64,000 nucleotides of DNA. It comes from Cycas panzhihuaensis. Its lineage: Eukaryota; Plantae; Cycadophyta. Under the pieces are notes generated by a model, which did no database searches, was not told the origin of the DNA, and was given only the letters and a program-made list of their open reading frames with translations. The stretch lies in contig CM041465.1 in assembly GCA_023213395.1 (NCBI GenBank), positions 155,813,741 to 155,877,740 of the forward strand, read 5' to 3'. The translations under genes were made by a program, and so were the position numbers. The number at the start of each line of letters is the position of its first letter. Position 1 is the stretch's first letter. Of this stretch, positions 14,534 through 27,012 are shown in pieces.

Positions 14534-14610
14534 AGTCTCACCCTATGTTATAACAAGTATATAATACATAAAAAATATAATATAATGAGGTGTCATTAGA
14601 TATTTTAATA

Positions 14611-15404
14611 GATTTATTAATGCAAACTAATATTTTCAGATTAAGATGTATTATAGGAAGAAAGGTATCTAAAGTTATAATTGATGGTGGTAAGTATGAA
14701 AGTATGGTATTCGATAAAATGGTAGAAAAGTTAGGATTGAGTTATGAAGTACATCTACATTTATACTACATTCTTGGTTAAAAAAGGAAATGAGATGACT
14801 GTTGATAGGAGATGCTTGGTTAAATTTAGCATCAAAAAATCATATTAAAATGAGATATGGTGTGATATAACTTAGATGGATGCATGCCATCTATTATTGG
14901 GGAGACCATGGCAGTACGACAGAAACTCATTTCATAATAGAAAGAATAATATCTACACATTTTAGAAGAATGGTATAGAGGTGAAGTTATTACCACTTAA
15001 GGAGCAAGGGTATATGAAAAGCAACCTAACTGTTAAAGAATTTATAAAATATATATAAGAGGCCAACACTTGTCTTGCCTTAGCAACAAGATAAATAAAG
15101 GAGGATAACATAGAGATACCAAATGAGATAGCAAGGTTATTGGAGAAGTACAATGATGTTATGCCAAACGAGTTACTCAATGGCTTATCACCCATGAAAG
15201 GCATTCAACACCACATCAACTTAATCCTATGGTCAAATTTACCAAACCAAGTAGCTTATCAGTTAAGCCCAATAAAGAATGGGGAATTAAATTGATAAGT
15301 TAGTGAATTAGTATAAAAATGAATGGTGAGAGAAAGTTTGAGTCCTTTCGTAGAGCATTGGTGACTCTAAAGAAAGATGAATCATGGTGAATGCGTGTTA
15401 ATTC
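14611..15404 (+). pseudogene. Ty3/gypsy element G: protease and start of RT (left of insertion B)
   Basis: NIFRLRCIIGRKVSKVIIDGG, DACHLLLGRPWQYDR, HHINLI, K.DESW*MRV; ends in the MCVDS motif at the TSD. Confidence 0.9.
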
Positions 15405-15608
15405 TAAAAACAATATTCAAAGAATGAGAATAGTTCAATGATTATTCGAGAGATGATCTTTCAGTAAGTACAAAGAGATTTAGTAACCACTTATTACATG
15501 TAAGCCACTTGTTATCCTTATAACAAAGAGAGATTGATACATAACCCTCATTAATTAACTATACAATATGAGGTATGTTAATATCTTAGATAAAACATTA
15601 TTCTAACA
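15405..15608 (-). repeat. 3' LTR of B
   Basis: About 26 mismatches in 204 bp versus 38190-38393 (manual alignment); PPT adjacent. Confidence 0.93.
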
Positions 15609-15627
15609 TCCTCTCTTAATGTTTTAT

Positions 15628-15943
15628 CTATTTTAAACCAAGCTTATCTCTAGGAAATTGAAATTTATCTTTACTAAGAGGTTTAGTCAAAATATCTGTA
15701 ACTTGTTCATTGGTTATTTAATGTATTAAGTATATTTCTTTGTTCTAGACCTTTTCTCTGATGAAATGATGTACTTCAATATGTTTGGTGTTGGTATGAA
15801 AGACTAGATTCTTTATTAACTTTATTGTGCTCTAATTATCACAATAAAGAGTGGTTGGATTATTTTGTTTCAGTTTCAAATATGTCAGCAACTATCTTAG
15901 CCATATTTCTTTACAAAATACACTTACTACTAATTTATATTCA
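15628..15943 (-). pseudogene. Copia B RNase H C-terminus
   Basis: PTTLYCDN, FHTNTKHIEVHHFIREKV, QVTDILTKPLSKDKF..RDKLGLK*. Confidence 0.9.
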
Positions 15944-18900
15944 TAAGAGAAAGAATAATAATGGAACATGATCTATTTGAGGAACAAGATATGATACATA
16001 TAAACTATGAAAGGATAATACTTGATTAATAAAAAGATAATAGAAACATAGACTACATAACATGAGAATAATAGGGAGGGGATTAAACTACAATTCAACC
16101 TATTATGCAAACAAGATAGGGAGGAAATTAATCTATAACTCAACCTATGAGAAAAGTTTTAGCAGTATAACAATGACTCCAAAACTTATTTACAAAATAA
16201 GTAAAGTAAGGCTCCTTATAAAGGAGTTTTAATGATCAGGATTGTGACACATGTCACTGATCAAAAGAGTAAGAAAAGTCTAAGTAAAACTTTACTTTCT
16301 AAGAGGAGTAGAATAGTGACAAGTGTTACCATCTAATATTGATCTTCTACTAAGCACATATGAAAAAAGCCACAAAAGATAAAAGATAATTTAAAAATAA
16401 AATAAAAGATCACTTTAGCATAAAGTCTAAAGTGACAAAAACATAAATGTACAAGGTCAAGACTTGATGCTTCAAATATGAAAGTTTTAACACCTTCTCT
16501 GAACGTATATAACATTAAGTCGAATGCTGAGGTCATCTCTGAAGTACTCAAATTTCTATTTAGTGAAGATATTGACAAGTTATTGATCAGTTAGCTTGTA
16601 GACTAGATATGTATCCAAGAGGTTGTTTCAGATATACTTCCTTAATCAAATCATTGTTGAGAAATGTGCTTTTGACATTTATTTGGTATAATAGTCACTT
16701 GTATTGAGTAGCTAATGCCATGACTATTTTGATGGTGTTCATATTCGTGATAGGTGTAAATGTCTCGTTATAGTCGATACTTTCATATTATTTAAAACCT
16801 TTTGCAACTAGACGAGCCTTATGTTGTTCAATAGTACCATCAGATTTATACTTAATCTTGTAGATCCACTTACAACTAATGGCTTGTTTTCCTAGTGGTA
16901 ATTCAGCCAAGTCTCATATATTATTTTGATAAATAGAGTGGATCTCATCACCTATGATAACCCGCCACCTTTCATCTGTATATGCCTTCTCAAAAGTGGA
17001 AGACTTAGGAGTACTTGCATGGTTTATAGTGTCTAATGGTCACATTTTGGATGGTAGTTTACCCTCAATAGTTTGTGTACCTACAATACCATTTAAGCAA
17101 CTTCTTCATCGATGGAGTCATTATTTCATTGTCTTGAGATGATGTTGTGTGCTGAACCTCTAAAGAACTTGAAGGACTTGATGAAGAAACTAAGGAAGAT
17201 GATGAGGAAAGAGAAGTAGGTGTTGATGAAGGACAAGATATAGAAGATGCTGAGGAAACAGATTCCTCAACAATTACTTTTTCTTTATTAAGGGAGAGTG
17301 GAAGGGAACTGAATTCTTTTCATTATCTTCTACAAAGATAACGTCTTATAAAGTATGTATCTTTTTATCAATCAGATCAAATAATCTATATGCTTTATTG
17401 CCATGAGTATATTCAATAAAGATGTTTTTGAGACTTTTGTCATAAAATTTCCATCTTTGATCTTAGGGAACATTCATATAGGTCGTGCACCTAAAGGTAC
17501 ATAAGTGACTAACCATGGGTTTTTGACCAGTCCAAGCCTCCTCGGATGTCATGCTCAAAAGTGCCATAGTGGAGTTACGATTTGAAAGATAAATGGCAAT
17601 GAAAAGTGATTCTACCTAATATTCCTAAGAGAGATTTCATATATGCATCATTGTTTTTATCTTACTGACTAAAAGTGTCATAGTGGAGTTGCGATTTGGA
17701 AGATAAGTAGAAGTGAGGAATGCTTCTACCTAATATGCCTGAGAGAGATTTCGTAGATGCATCATTGCTTTTGTCTTATTGACCAAGGTTTTGTTCATGC
17801 ATTTTACTACACCATTTTATTGGGGTGTATAAGGGGTAGAAAATTAAAATTTTATGCCATTCTGAATATAAAATGAGTTGAACTCCTTGGATGTCATCAC
17901 CATTGTCAAATCTGAGTATCTTAATCCACATGACTATTTTAATTTTCACTACAAGTTTAAATTCTTTAAACTTGTCTAATGCTTCTAACTTATGCTTGAG
18001 AACGTAAACTCACACTTTATGTGAGTAATCATCAATAAAAGTCATAATAAAAGAATATTCTCTATGTGATTAAGTAGACATGGGTCCATAAATGTCTGAG
18101 TAAACCAACTGCAATAACTATTGAGCTCTTCAGGCCATATCTTTCTGAAAAGGTTCACGATGCTATTTTCCTACAAGGTATGATTCACAAAGGTAATTAC
18201 CCCCAAAAATTTTAGGTAAGCCATAAACCATATTCTTCCTAAACATTTGTCTTATATTGTTCACATTTAGATTTCTAAGTTGCTTATGCTATAACTGAGT
18301 CTTATTTACAGAATATGAGACAAAGGCATGAGATGATATAGATATTACGTCTAATTTGTAAAGGCCATGATCTTCATGACTATACCAACTATTTGATCTT
18401 CTTTGTTCCGAATAATACATTTTCTATCTTTAAATAGTACACTCATCTATTATTTATCTAATTAACTAACAAAGAGCAAGTTTTTAGGTATCTTAGGAAC
18501 TAAAAACATATTACCACTAGGAAATGCAGAATGTTGATTATTATGAAGTGTAATTTGATCTACACCTAATATCTCTATAGTGATATTATCTCCAAAGGTC
18601 ACTATTTCTCTTTTGTATTCTTGAAAATCTAATAACAATTCTACATCACTGTCATATGATATGATGCTCTAAAATCTATAATCCAAGTGTTGTCATTATA
18701 ACTACCATTGGATGTATAAAAAATCATGTCATTTTGATTATGCTAAGCTATGTAGCTTTAGAAACTACCACGAACTATCCTTGTAGGATCTCAACGACGA
18801 CCACCTCGGAATGCATTTTGAGTTGGTCCTTGAAGCTATTATTGTTGTTGACATTAATTTATTTACTATTGTTGATGTTAATTTTGTTGTTGTTATTATT

Positions 18901-21900
18901 GTTGTCGTAGATTACTTTGTCTCTTTCTATATTCTGGCTAGCTGTGGCCTATTTTGCTACAGTAATGACAAATGATAGTCTTAGATTTAATATTAATATT
19001 GTCAAATTTCTTTAGAAAATTTTATTTGGGTTAAAATGATTATTTCCCTTTAAACTTAGCTGTAAAAGCATATGATATGCTTGCTTCATCTTGTCATAAA
19101 TATATTTTTTCTTTCTACAACAATAATTATTTTAACTCATTGAAAGTTAGAATAGATAACATGCCATTTCTAGATATAACTAAGATGGATCTATTATATT
19201 CTTTAGAAGAGCATGAATTATTATTGTAACCAAATCTTCATTTAAGACTGGTTTTTCAAGAGTTGTTAGCTAATTACTGATAGTTTTAACAGATGACAAT
19301 TAAGTCGATATAGATTCAACATATTGTAAATTAAATAGCTTAACTTTATATATCATATTTCTAGCATTATCTCTCTACTCATACAATAATACAATTATAT
19401 CTCAAACTTCTTTAGATGTTGTAGATTCAATATTCTGATCAACATTATCATTAACAGACAAATGAATAATTATCAGTGTAACATCATCTTTCGCTTTGAA
19501 TGCAGTCATTGCATCATGGTTAATATGTATCAAATTATGTGGATTTACTAGATCTAAAGTTAGTTTGGGTTTGGCAATGGTGCTAGAAACATAACCCCAC
19601 AACTCATTCATTATCAATAGATTTTTTGTTTGCTTCTTCCATGTTAGATAATTTTTAGTATTTGTTAATTTTATTATATTGGTGTTAAGCATCTGAGTTG
19701 CTATGATAACTTAATGTAGCTGATAATGAGCTTAGAAAATTTCGAGTTTACGCTGCTTAAGTTCCACTCAATTTTCTAATTTAATTAGTATAAGATAAAA
19801 AATGTGGATAGAATATAAGGCTTCGCTCATAAGTCATTCAACTTGATAACAAAATCAATGTTAGCCAAATTATCAATACCAATACAATTGAGGCAGAGTA
19901 AAATACTCTTTTCAAGTCTTTCCACTTAATATTTTAATTGATTTTAGAAGTGGATGAAATTGTGCTTGTAGGCCTTTTTACGCTGTTATAAACTTTATCA
20001 ATATACTTTAGAAAATATAAAATAGTTGCTCAAAAAATAGTGATGCAACTAAGTACCAAATTCAATATCTAAATGAGATATTCAACAACTGTAAATAAGA
20101 GGTTTTTAATGCCTTAATCAAGCAAATTTAAGAAGTAAACTATCCACCATAAATGCTTGGGATAAAAAAAATGATCCCTACACACTAAGCAAAATGATAT
20201 TTGTATTGATTATAGTTATTTTTTAGCTCTAAAGTGTTGTCTCACTTAATTCAGATCACCACGCAGGAAGCCCAATGAATAAAAGTGCGCCAAACGAAGT
20301 TGATTTAAGTCATCAAAGTACATGCAAAATTTTTTATATGATGTTAGTGTGATTAACCCACTAAAAGAAAATCTTAAAAACAAGTGAACTTTAAACACTT
20401 GTAACTCACATTAATGACCTAAGTAGCCTTTCAGGGAGCTTAGTGTCATTTATAAAAAGGAAAATTTCTAGTTATTATGATAGTAATCACTTAATAAAAG
20501 TGAAATTATGTTTGAAAAATTACTTGTAATTTTTTTTTAAAATCTTTAATGTGCTTAACACATTAAAAAAATGATAAAAGGGATTTTCAAGAAGGAAAAT
20601 AATAAACTAAATGATAGAACTTTAGGTTATTAAAGTTTCAAAGATAAAATAAAAAAGAAAATATACCAAAGTATATTTCAAATGATATAACCTAATGTTA
20701 TGAAACTTAGAAAAAGTCATAAAATTTTTCCTTCATAAAAAAATATAGTGGCGACGATGATAAAGAAAGGCATAAATTCACTTCAAATTCTAATTGATTA
20801 AATCTACAAGTGGAATCAAATTTATGGATCAATCGATTTAATCGATTTTAAGGAGGACGACTAATTCGAGAGGAGCTTGGAGGTAGGAAAGATGACTCAT
20901 TAGGTAGTTGTTTGGTCATTGGATCCACTAGATTTAGAGAGGAGCTGCCTAAACTTTAAGAGCATGCATGAATTAATCAGCCCAATTAGTGAAGAGATGC
21001 TAAGGTGAGACACCCACACAGTTCCAGATTAGTGTTGGGGTTGCACACTAGGCAGGAGAAAGGCACAAGGGAATAGAGCCACTAATAGAGAGTGAGAAAA
21101 TATGCCAAATATAAATAGAGATAAGTAGTTGCGGTTAGACACCAACTCTTGAGGTGTATTAACATGAAAAGAGCTGCCAACGAATTGTGTTGGGAGCTGC
21201 CTACTCTATGGGAGAACACCCCAGCCAGAGAAGTTAGAAAATAAATAGAAGCCAAATGATATCACTACCTGCAAATAGATTGTGGAGCCATTGGAGTGCC
21301 CCCCTCCCCCATTTTCTAGTAATGAAAAAATCCAACCATAAGGAGGATTGTCCTCATATAGAGAAAAGAAACTAAAAAAGTAGGATTAATACATACTCTC
21401 TTCAATGAAAGCAATTTTACATAAGGAGCTCTTATAGAAAATAAAATTTTTTATTTTTCAATATTGCAAAAATAACAATAGAAGACCACTAGACAACCTA
21501 TAAGATGGAAATTTTTTTTATATATTTGCCCCCACAATATAATCTATTAGAAAGAAATCCTCCCATTTTTTTACAAATTTTTGCACCATAAAATAGTAGG
21601 TATCTTCTTAACATAAAAATCTACAATATAAGCTATAATGGAGAAATTAAAAAAACTACAAAGCCTTTTCTCCTCTTCATAATATTAACCATTTTAATAC
21701 AAGGCATGTAAAATTTTTTTTATAAACTAACTTCTAACAAAAAGATTTGCAAGTTTTTTCACTTTAAATCCTTTCAATCTTAAATTTATCACTTTAACAT
21801 TTAATAAAAAAAATTCAAGAAATTATTTATGAAATTTGAGAGGAAGAGTACAAAAGTTACTCCTGTTGGATCGCCTTCGTATGGCAAAGGTTGTCACCAA

Positions 21901-22444
21901 CCTTAAAATATAAATACTTGGATTCGTTTATCAAAAGCTCTTTACATTAATACCAAATTGAGAGAGAATAATAATGGCACAAGATATATTTGAGGAATAT
22001 GATAAAACACATATAAACCATGAAAAGATAATACTTGATTAATAGAAAGATAATAGAAATATAGAGTACATAGGGAGGTGATTAAACTATAACTCAATTA
22101 ATGTGAAAAGTTTCAACAACAAGACAATAACTTCAAGGCTTCTTTACAAAATAATGAAGGTAGGGCTTCTTATAAAAGAGTTTCGATTATTAGGATTATG
22201 ACATATATCATTAATCAAAAGAGTAAGAAAAGTCTAAATAAAACTCTACTTTCCAAGAGGAGTATGATGGTGACAAGTGTTACTATATAATATTGACTTT
22301 CCACTAAGTACACGTAGAAAAAGTCATAAAAGACAAAATAAAAAATAATTTAAAAATAAAACAAAAGATGAATAAAGCATAAAGTGACAAAAACATAAAT
22401 ATACAAAGTCAAAAATTAATAATTAAGATATGAAGGTTTTAACA
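15944..22444 (-). mobile_element. Ty1/copia element D (same family as A), internally deleted, inserted in the RNase H of B
   Basis: LTRs 15944-16492 and 21959-22444; degenerate PBS ~21944-21955; PPT 16493-16500; TSD attca/atttg (ancestral ATTCG) within the SSAEAEY motif of B. Gag ORF 19402-19692 is homologous to A. Confidence 0.92.
16500..19704 (-). pseudogene. Degenerate gag-pol of D lacking most of RT and RNase H
   Basis: Collinear with A 1-2789. RT motifs [10 protein letters not shown] and QPLGY are followed almost directly by the RNase H end (NIFTK..KFEYFRD). Confidence 0.87.
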
Positions 22445-23694
22445 ATTTGGCTTTTGCAGATGATAATATAACAATTAGTTTCTTTTTGTTGCACTAAGAT
22501 ATTGTTGTTGAACTAAGAAAGAAGTAGTATTTAGTAGTTGATTTCCTATATTTTTTGTCTCTTACTTAATTATAGCCACTATTAAGTGTAATATCCAATT
22601 ACATAATTATCCCCATTTATACTCTCTTTAAATTTATTTGTATTTTATATATTTGAGGTCTTCTTAAGTTGTGTGCTACATAGAAATATGTGTTAGTGCA
22701 CAATATTGACTAATGGGGGTTTTCTCACAAGTGGCGAGTTGTATTATAAATATGTACATCGTCCTCCTTTCTAATTTGATGTTTGGCTATTCTTCTATTT
22801 TATTGTTTTAACTTATACATACTTCATTTTTTTTATGTTTCATTTTTTTATCATTCACTCACTATGTTCATCTATTATTTTTTATAGTAGATTTATTTTC
22901 TAACATGGTATCAAAACTCAAGGTTTGAATCCTTGAAAGCAACATTTTAAAGCCTATTTTTTGAAGACTTTTTAGAGTATTGTAAAACTATCTATTTTGT
23001 ATCTGATTAGTGACCTATTTTTTAGTCATTTTTAAGATATTTAAATTTATATTCTATTACTTTTTTTAATGCACACTTTTGAAACTGTTTTCATTATCAT
23101 TTGAAATACATTTGAGACTCTTTTTTCAAAATTTTAAGGAGTTGTTTTGATACTGTTAAAGGCTATTTTGAAGCTTGATTAAAGTTGTTAAAAGGATAAT
23201 TTTCTTGATAATGATTAAGACTATCTTGAAGCCTATTTAGAGCTATAAAAATGGATATTTGAAGACTATTTTTTGAAAATATTTGAAACAATTTATAAGT
23301 ATTGTGTAACAGATTTACTATAGAGTTTTGATTTAAAAAAGAGCCTATTTTTAAGATGTTCACAGTGGACAATTTGTATGCATGTGGCACCAAATAATAT
23401 TGCATGTAGATTCTTTATGGTGAAGCCCACAGTTAAAAGAAAATATTACTTTTTTTTAGCAGATTCTAGTTACTGTGTAATAATTTCCTTGCATGTTAAT
23501 GGACAGCTTGCAAAAGAGATTGTTAACAACAATTCGAGTTTTTTCTAGCTATTTGGGGGTAAAAAATAACTCTATATTTGTAACGAAATATTTACAATTG
23601 TGTAGTTAAATAAAGGTTAAAGCATATTGGTGAAGATATATTATTGTTATTCAAATATGTAACCTCTATGTATTATTTCTATAGTGAAAAATTA

Positions 23695-23696
<2 letters not shown>

Positions 23697-23734
<38 letters not shown>
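23697..23734. repeat. (AT)n microsatellite
   Basis: About 19 perfect AT units. Confidence 0.97.
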
Positions 23735-23736
<2 letters not shown>

Positions 23737-25329
23737 AGCCATGAATTTGCATTAAAAATATTTGCAAGAAGACAATAAGAGACTGTATTTAAGGAAAAAA
23801 AAAATCACATTAGGGCTCTTGGAGGATTGTTGAAATCTCCATGTATTTTGTACTTAATCATTTCAAAAAAAAGGGAAAGACAAAATGTTAGCCTTTGAGA
23901 CCCATGCAATAATTGATATAGCTGGCTGGTGGGGTGAGAGAGGTTGAAGTTGATGTAGCTAACACACAAAAAGTGCAATACATGGATTTGATTTCGAGTC
24001 ATTTCCACCATCTCTAGGCATTATTATAGCATTAAAAAATGGCTTGTGAACTATTACATACATACGATGAAATATGTTAAAGCCCTCCAGAGATGAATTA
24101 ATATTACTCATAGGCCTATTAGTATTTCTCATCATTTCATGCATGAATTTAGGGTTCCTTATAGCATCAAGTCTCTTTGCTCAGTTAGCAAAACATCACA
24201 ATTGGGGGACACAATGGATGCTCAAGTTAATGTAATGTCGTTACCTATAAAAGAATTGTACCGACTTGGAGCTCACTCTAACAGGAAGTCATATGTGTAA
24301 TGAGGAGTATGTTTGATCATTTCCTTGAGGCATACACTGCAGGTTAGCATGAATCAATGTAGAATAAAAATTAGTCTATCCACCAACAATTTGACTATGA
24401 TTAGGGCATTCTTATTACTCCTAGTAATGCCCTTGCACATTCACCTACTGCATATGGAGATCTACCCTGCATAATTGTTATCATATTTAAGCTGTCATAT
24501 CAAGATGTTGACGAATACATCATCACAAGCATGTAATCAAATGCCACCATTGACATAATTTGGAATCTACTCAACCTACAACTGTTCCACTATCATCGCC
24601 ATTTCTAACTTGCAATACAAACAAAATGATATGATTGCATAAACTTAATTCCTTTTTAATATTTTTCATATATTTGGCAAACATCAAGATTTATACATGC
24701 GGTTTTTTTTTTTCCTATGTATCGGTAGATTAAAAAAAAAAAAAGGAAAGCGCTTTACATTTTAGTATTTTTTAAAATAAAATAAATTATATTTTATAAA
24801 ATTTCAAGTACATAGCCCCCTAGACCATTCAACCCCTAGTCACATGAAGCTCTATATGACTACCTATTTGCCAAAAAAAGGAGCTAAGCTCCTATTTTTA
24901 ATTTTTATAGTCTTTGTCATTGTTTTATCCATAACTTCAGTATGTGGGCTCTATTTTCAGTCCTGTCAATTGCATTGAGCTTGTGACTAAGAGATCTTCA
25001 TTTTAATAGGTCACTTGATAGAATTTGTAGCTGATATGATGTAAATATTTTAGTTCAAAGTTAAAAGTTTTTTTAACTTTATTTATTCATTTATTTATTT
25101 TTAGTATTTTCAAGCATATATATGTACTTTTTAAGGCTGTATATTATTTGTTGTATATTCTATTAATATAATGCACCCCAAATGGGGGGGTAACATGTAT
25201 TAGACTTTAGAGAACCCATATTTGTTAAAAAATCTTTAGAATTTATCATTTGAAAGAGTCATTCATATTGTATTTTAATCACATCTACTTTTTTAATCAT
25301 GTATTAACATTTATTATTAGATTTTTCAA

Positions 25330-25460
25330 CCTATAGAGATTATTATAAACCTATAGTAGTATGTTGTAGGCCCATAGTGGCATGATATAGCCTATAGATG
25401 CATGAATTTATCCCATAGAGGCAAGTTGAGGCCATAATATCCTTATAAGGCCCTAGAGCC
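25330..25460 (+). repeat. Degenerate 20-21 bp tandem array (CCTATAGTGGCATGTTGTAGG-like) in C
   Basis: Six to seven units starting CC(T/C)ATAG. Confidence 0.8.
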
Positions 25461-26165
25461 ATTTGTTTTCTAGCGATTAAAGCTAAAGAAACTACTTATA
25501 TTATTCCATATAGTGAAGATGTAGAACCACTTTTAACTACTCTTACACATTTCTTCATTAGCTTACTTATTTGGCCATATAAAATGATGTGTTCTCAAAG
25601 TGAAGCTGACTTGATGTTGATTGTACCATATACACAAAGGAACATCCTACTTAATCAATGGTCACAATGGCTAGTTACCCATGTGATCTAATGGATGGAA
25701 TTCTCTTCATATAAACATTAGTAGCAGATTATATTATTGTAGCATCTCATACTCTAGCACTCATTTGAAAATATAGATTTGTATCATTTGATGTGATATT
25801 TCACTTTATGTAATTATTTATTATAGGGGAGAAATGTTGGGTGTAATATCTAATTACATAATTATCTATATTTACACTCTTTTTAGATTTTTTATATTTT
25901 ATATTTGAGATCTTCTTAAGTGGTGTGCCATATAGAAATGTGTATCAATCCACAATAAGTTGACTAATGAGGATTCTCTTACAAGTTGTGAGTTATACTA
26001 TAAATATATACATTATCCTTCTTTCTAATTTAAGGTTTGGCCATTCTTCCATTTCATTATGTTAACTTATACATACTTCACTTTTTCTTGTGCTTCATTT
26101 ATTTATTATTTATTTACCATATTTATCTATTGTTTTCTATAGTAGATTTCTTTTTTAATAGTCAC

Positions 26166-27012
26166 TATATCTAACTGACTTTTCTATATTATTTTTAGCA
26201 TAAGTAAGTTTAAGACTAGAGGTGCTTTTTAGATACTTGAGTATTTCTTTGATGTTCTCTAGTGTGATATTTTAAGATCTTACATGTATCTAGAGATTAC
26301 ACCTATAGAATATGAGATATTGGGTCTAATGGTAGTAAGATAAATTAGACTACCAACTAGTTGTCTATACAAAGTTATATTGACTAGAGTACCTTCTGTG
26401 TCTTAAGTTAGAATACAACCTGTTTCCATTGGTGTTGTACAATTGTTGCACTCTTCTGTCTTAAATTTACTTAACAAGTTCTTGGTGTACTTGGTGAAAT
26501 AATGATTAAATCCTTTTTTATTTTATTTCTATACTAAGTTAGGAACTTAAAAGCCCTAAATCATTCATTTTAAATTCTTTTTCTAGTTGAGATTTTATGA
26601 CTGTAATGGACTCTGTATCACTTATTGTAAGAATTATGACATCTACATAAACAATAATTATGGTGATCAAGCCTTTGTTGATCTTTATGTATAAACTAAG
26701 ATCTGATTCACACCTCTGAAAATTATTTTATATGAAGTATTTGTCTAATTTAGCATGCTAGGCTCTTGGAGCTTGCTTTAGCCTATATAGGTCCTTTTTT
26801 AATTTACAAATAAGATGTTTATGGCTGCTTTGAATATATCCCTTTAGCTACTACATATACTTCTTCTTCTAGGTCTTCATTTAAAAGACAATCTTTATAT
26901 CAAGTAAAAAGATTTTTTATTTTTATTTTGTTGCTAAGGCAATAACTATTCTTACAGTATTTAGTTTTGTTATTGGAAAGAAGGTTTTTTCATAGTCTAT
27001 TCATTTGGTATA
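26166..27012 (-). pseudogene. Copia B reverse transcriptase core
   Basis: LYRLKQAPRA, RCESDLSLY, IIVYVDVIILT, PMETG, YRQLVGSLIYLTITRPNISY. Confidence 0.9.

Larger units (their letters stand above)
5829..14610 (-). mobile_element. Ty1/copia element E (5' part; interrupted by A, with F inserted in its 5' LTR)
   Basis: Integrase ORF 5900-6271 (HLRAFGC..RKKLDDKSQKCIFLRY); gag start ~8441 resembling A/D gag; degenerate PBS 10431-10442 (actctaatacca); LTR 10443-10750 plus ~14539-14610. Confidence 0.85.
22580..26160 (+). mobile_element. Non-coding non-autonomous LTR element C (3.6 kb, 326-bp LTRs; LARD/large-TRIM-like)
   Basis: LTRs 22580-22905 and 25835-26160; PBS TGGTATCAAAAC 22906-22917; PPT AGGGGAGAAA 25825-25834; TSD gccac/gtcac splitting the decayed GYSDSDWAGD motif of B. 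No gag/pol recognised. Confidence 0.9.

Noticed and set aside
22680-22740. Possible hammerhead ribozyme (retrozyme) in the LTRs of C (CTAATGA/CTAATGG resembling CUGAUGA)
   Set aside because: No correctly placed GAAA or stems found, and the element is much larger than described retrozymes.
23900-24340. Possible hAT transposase fragment (RWWK on minus strand)
   Set aside because: No following dimerisation-domain motif (SS..ER.FS) and no TIRs.
25330-25460. CRISPR-like appearance of short repeats
   Set aside because: Units are contiguous and degenerate with no unique spacers; eukaryotic TE context; no cas genes.
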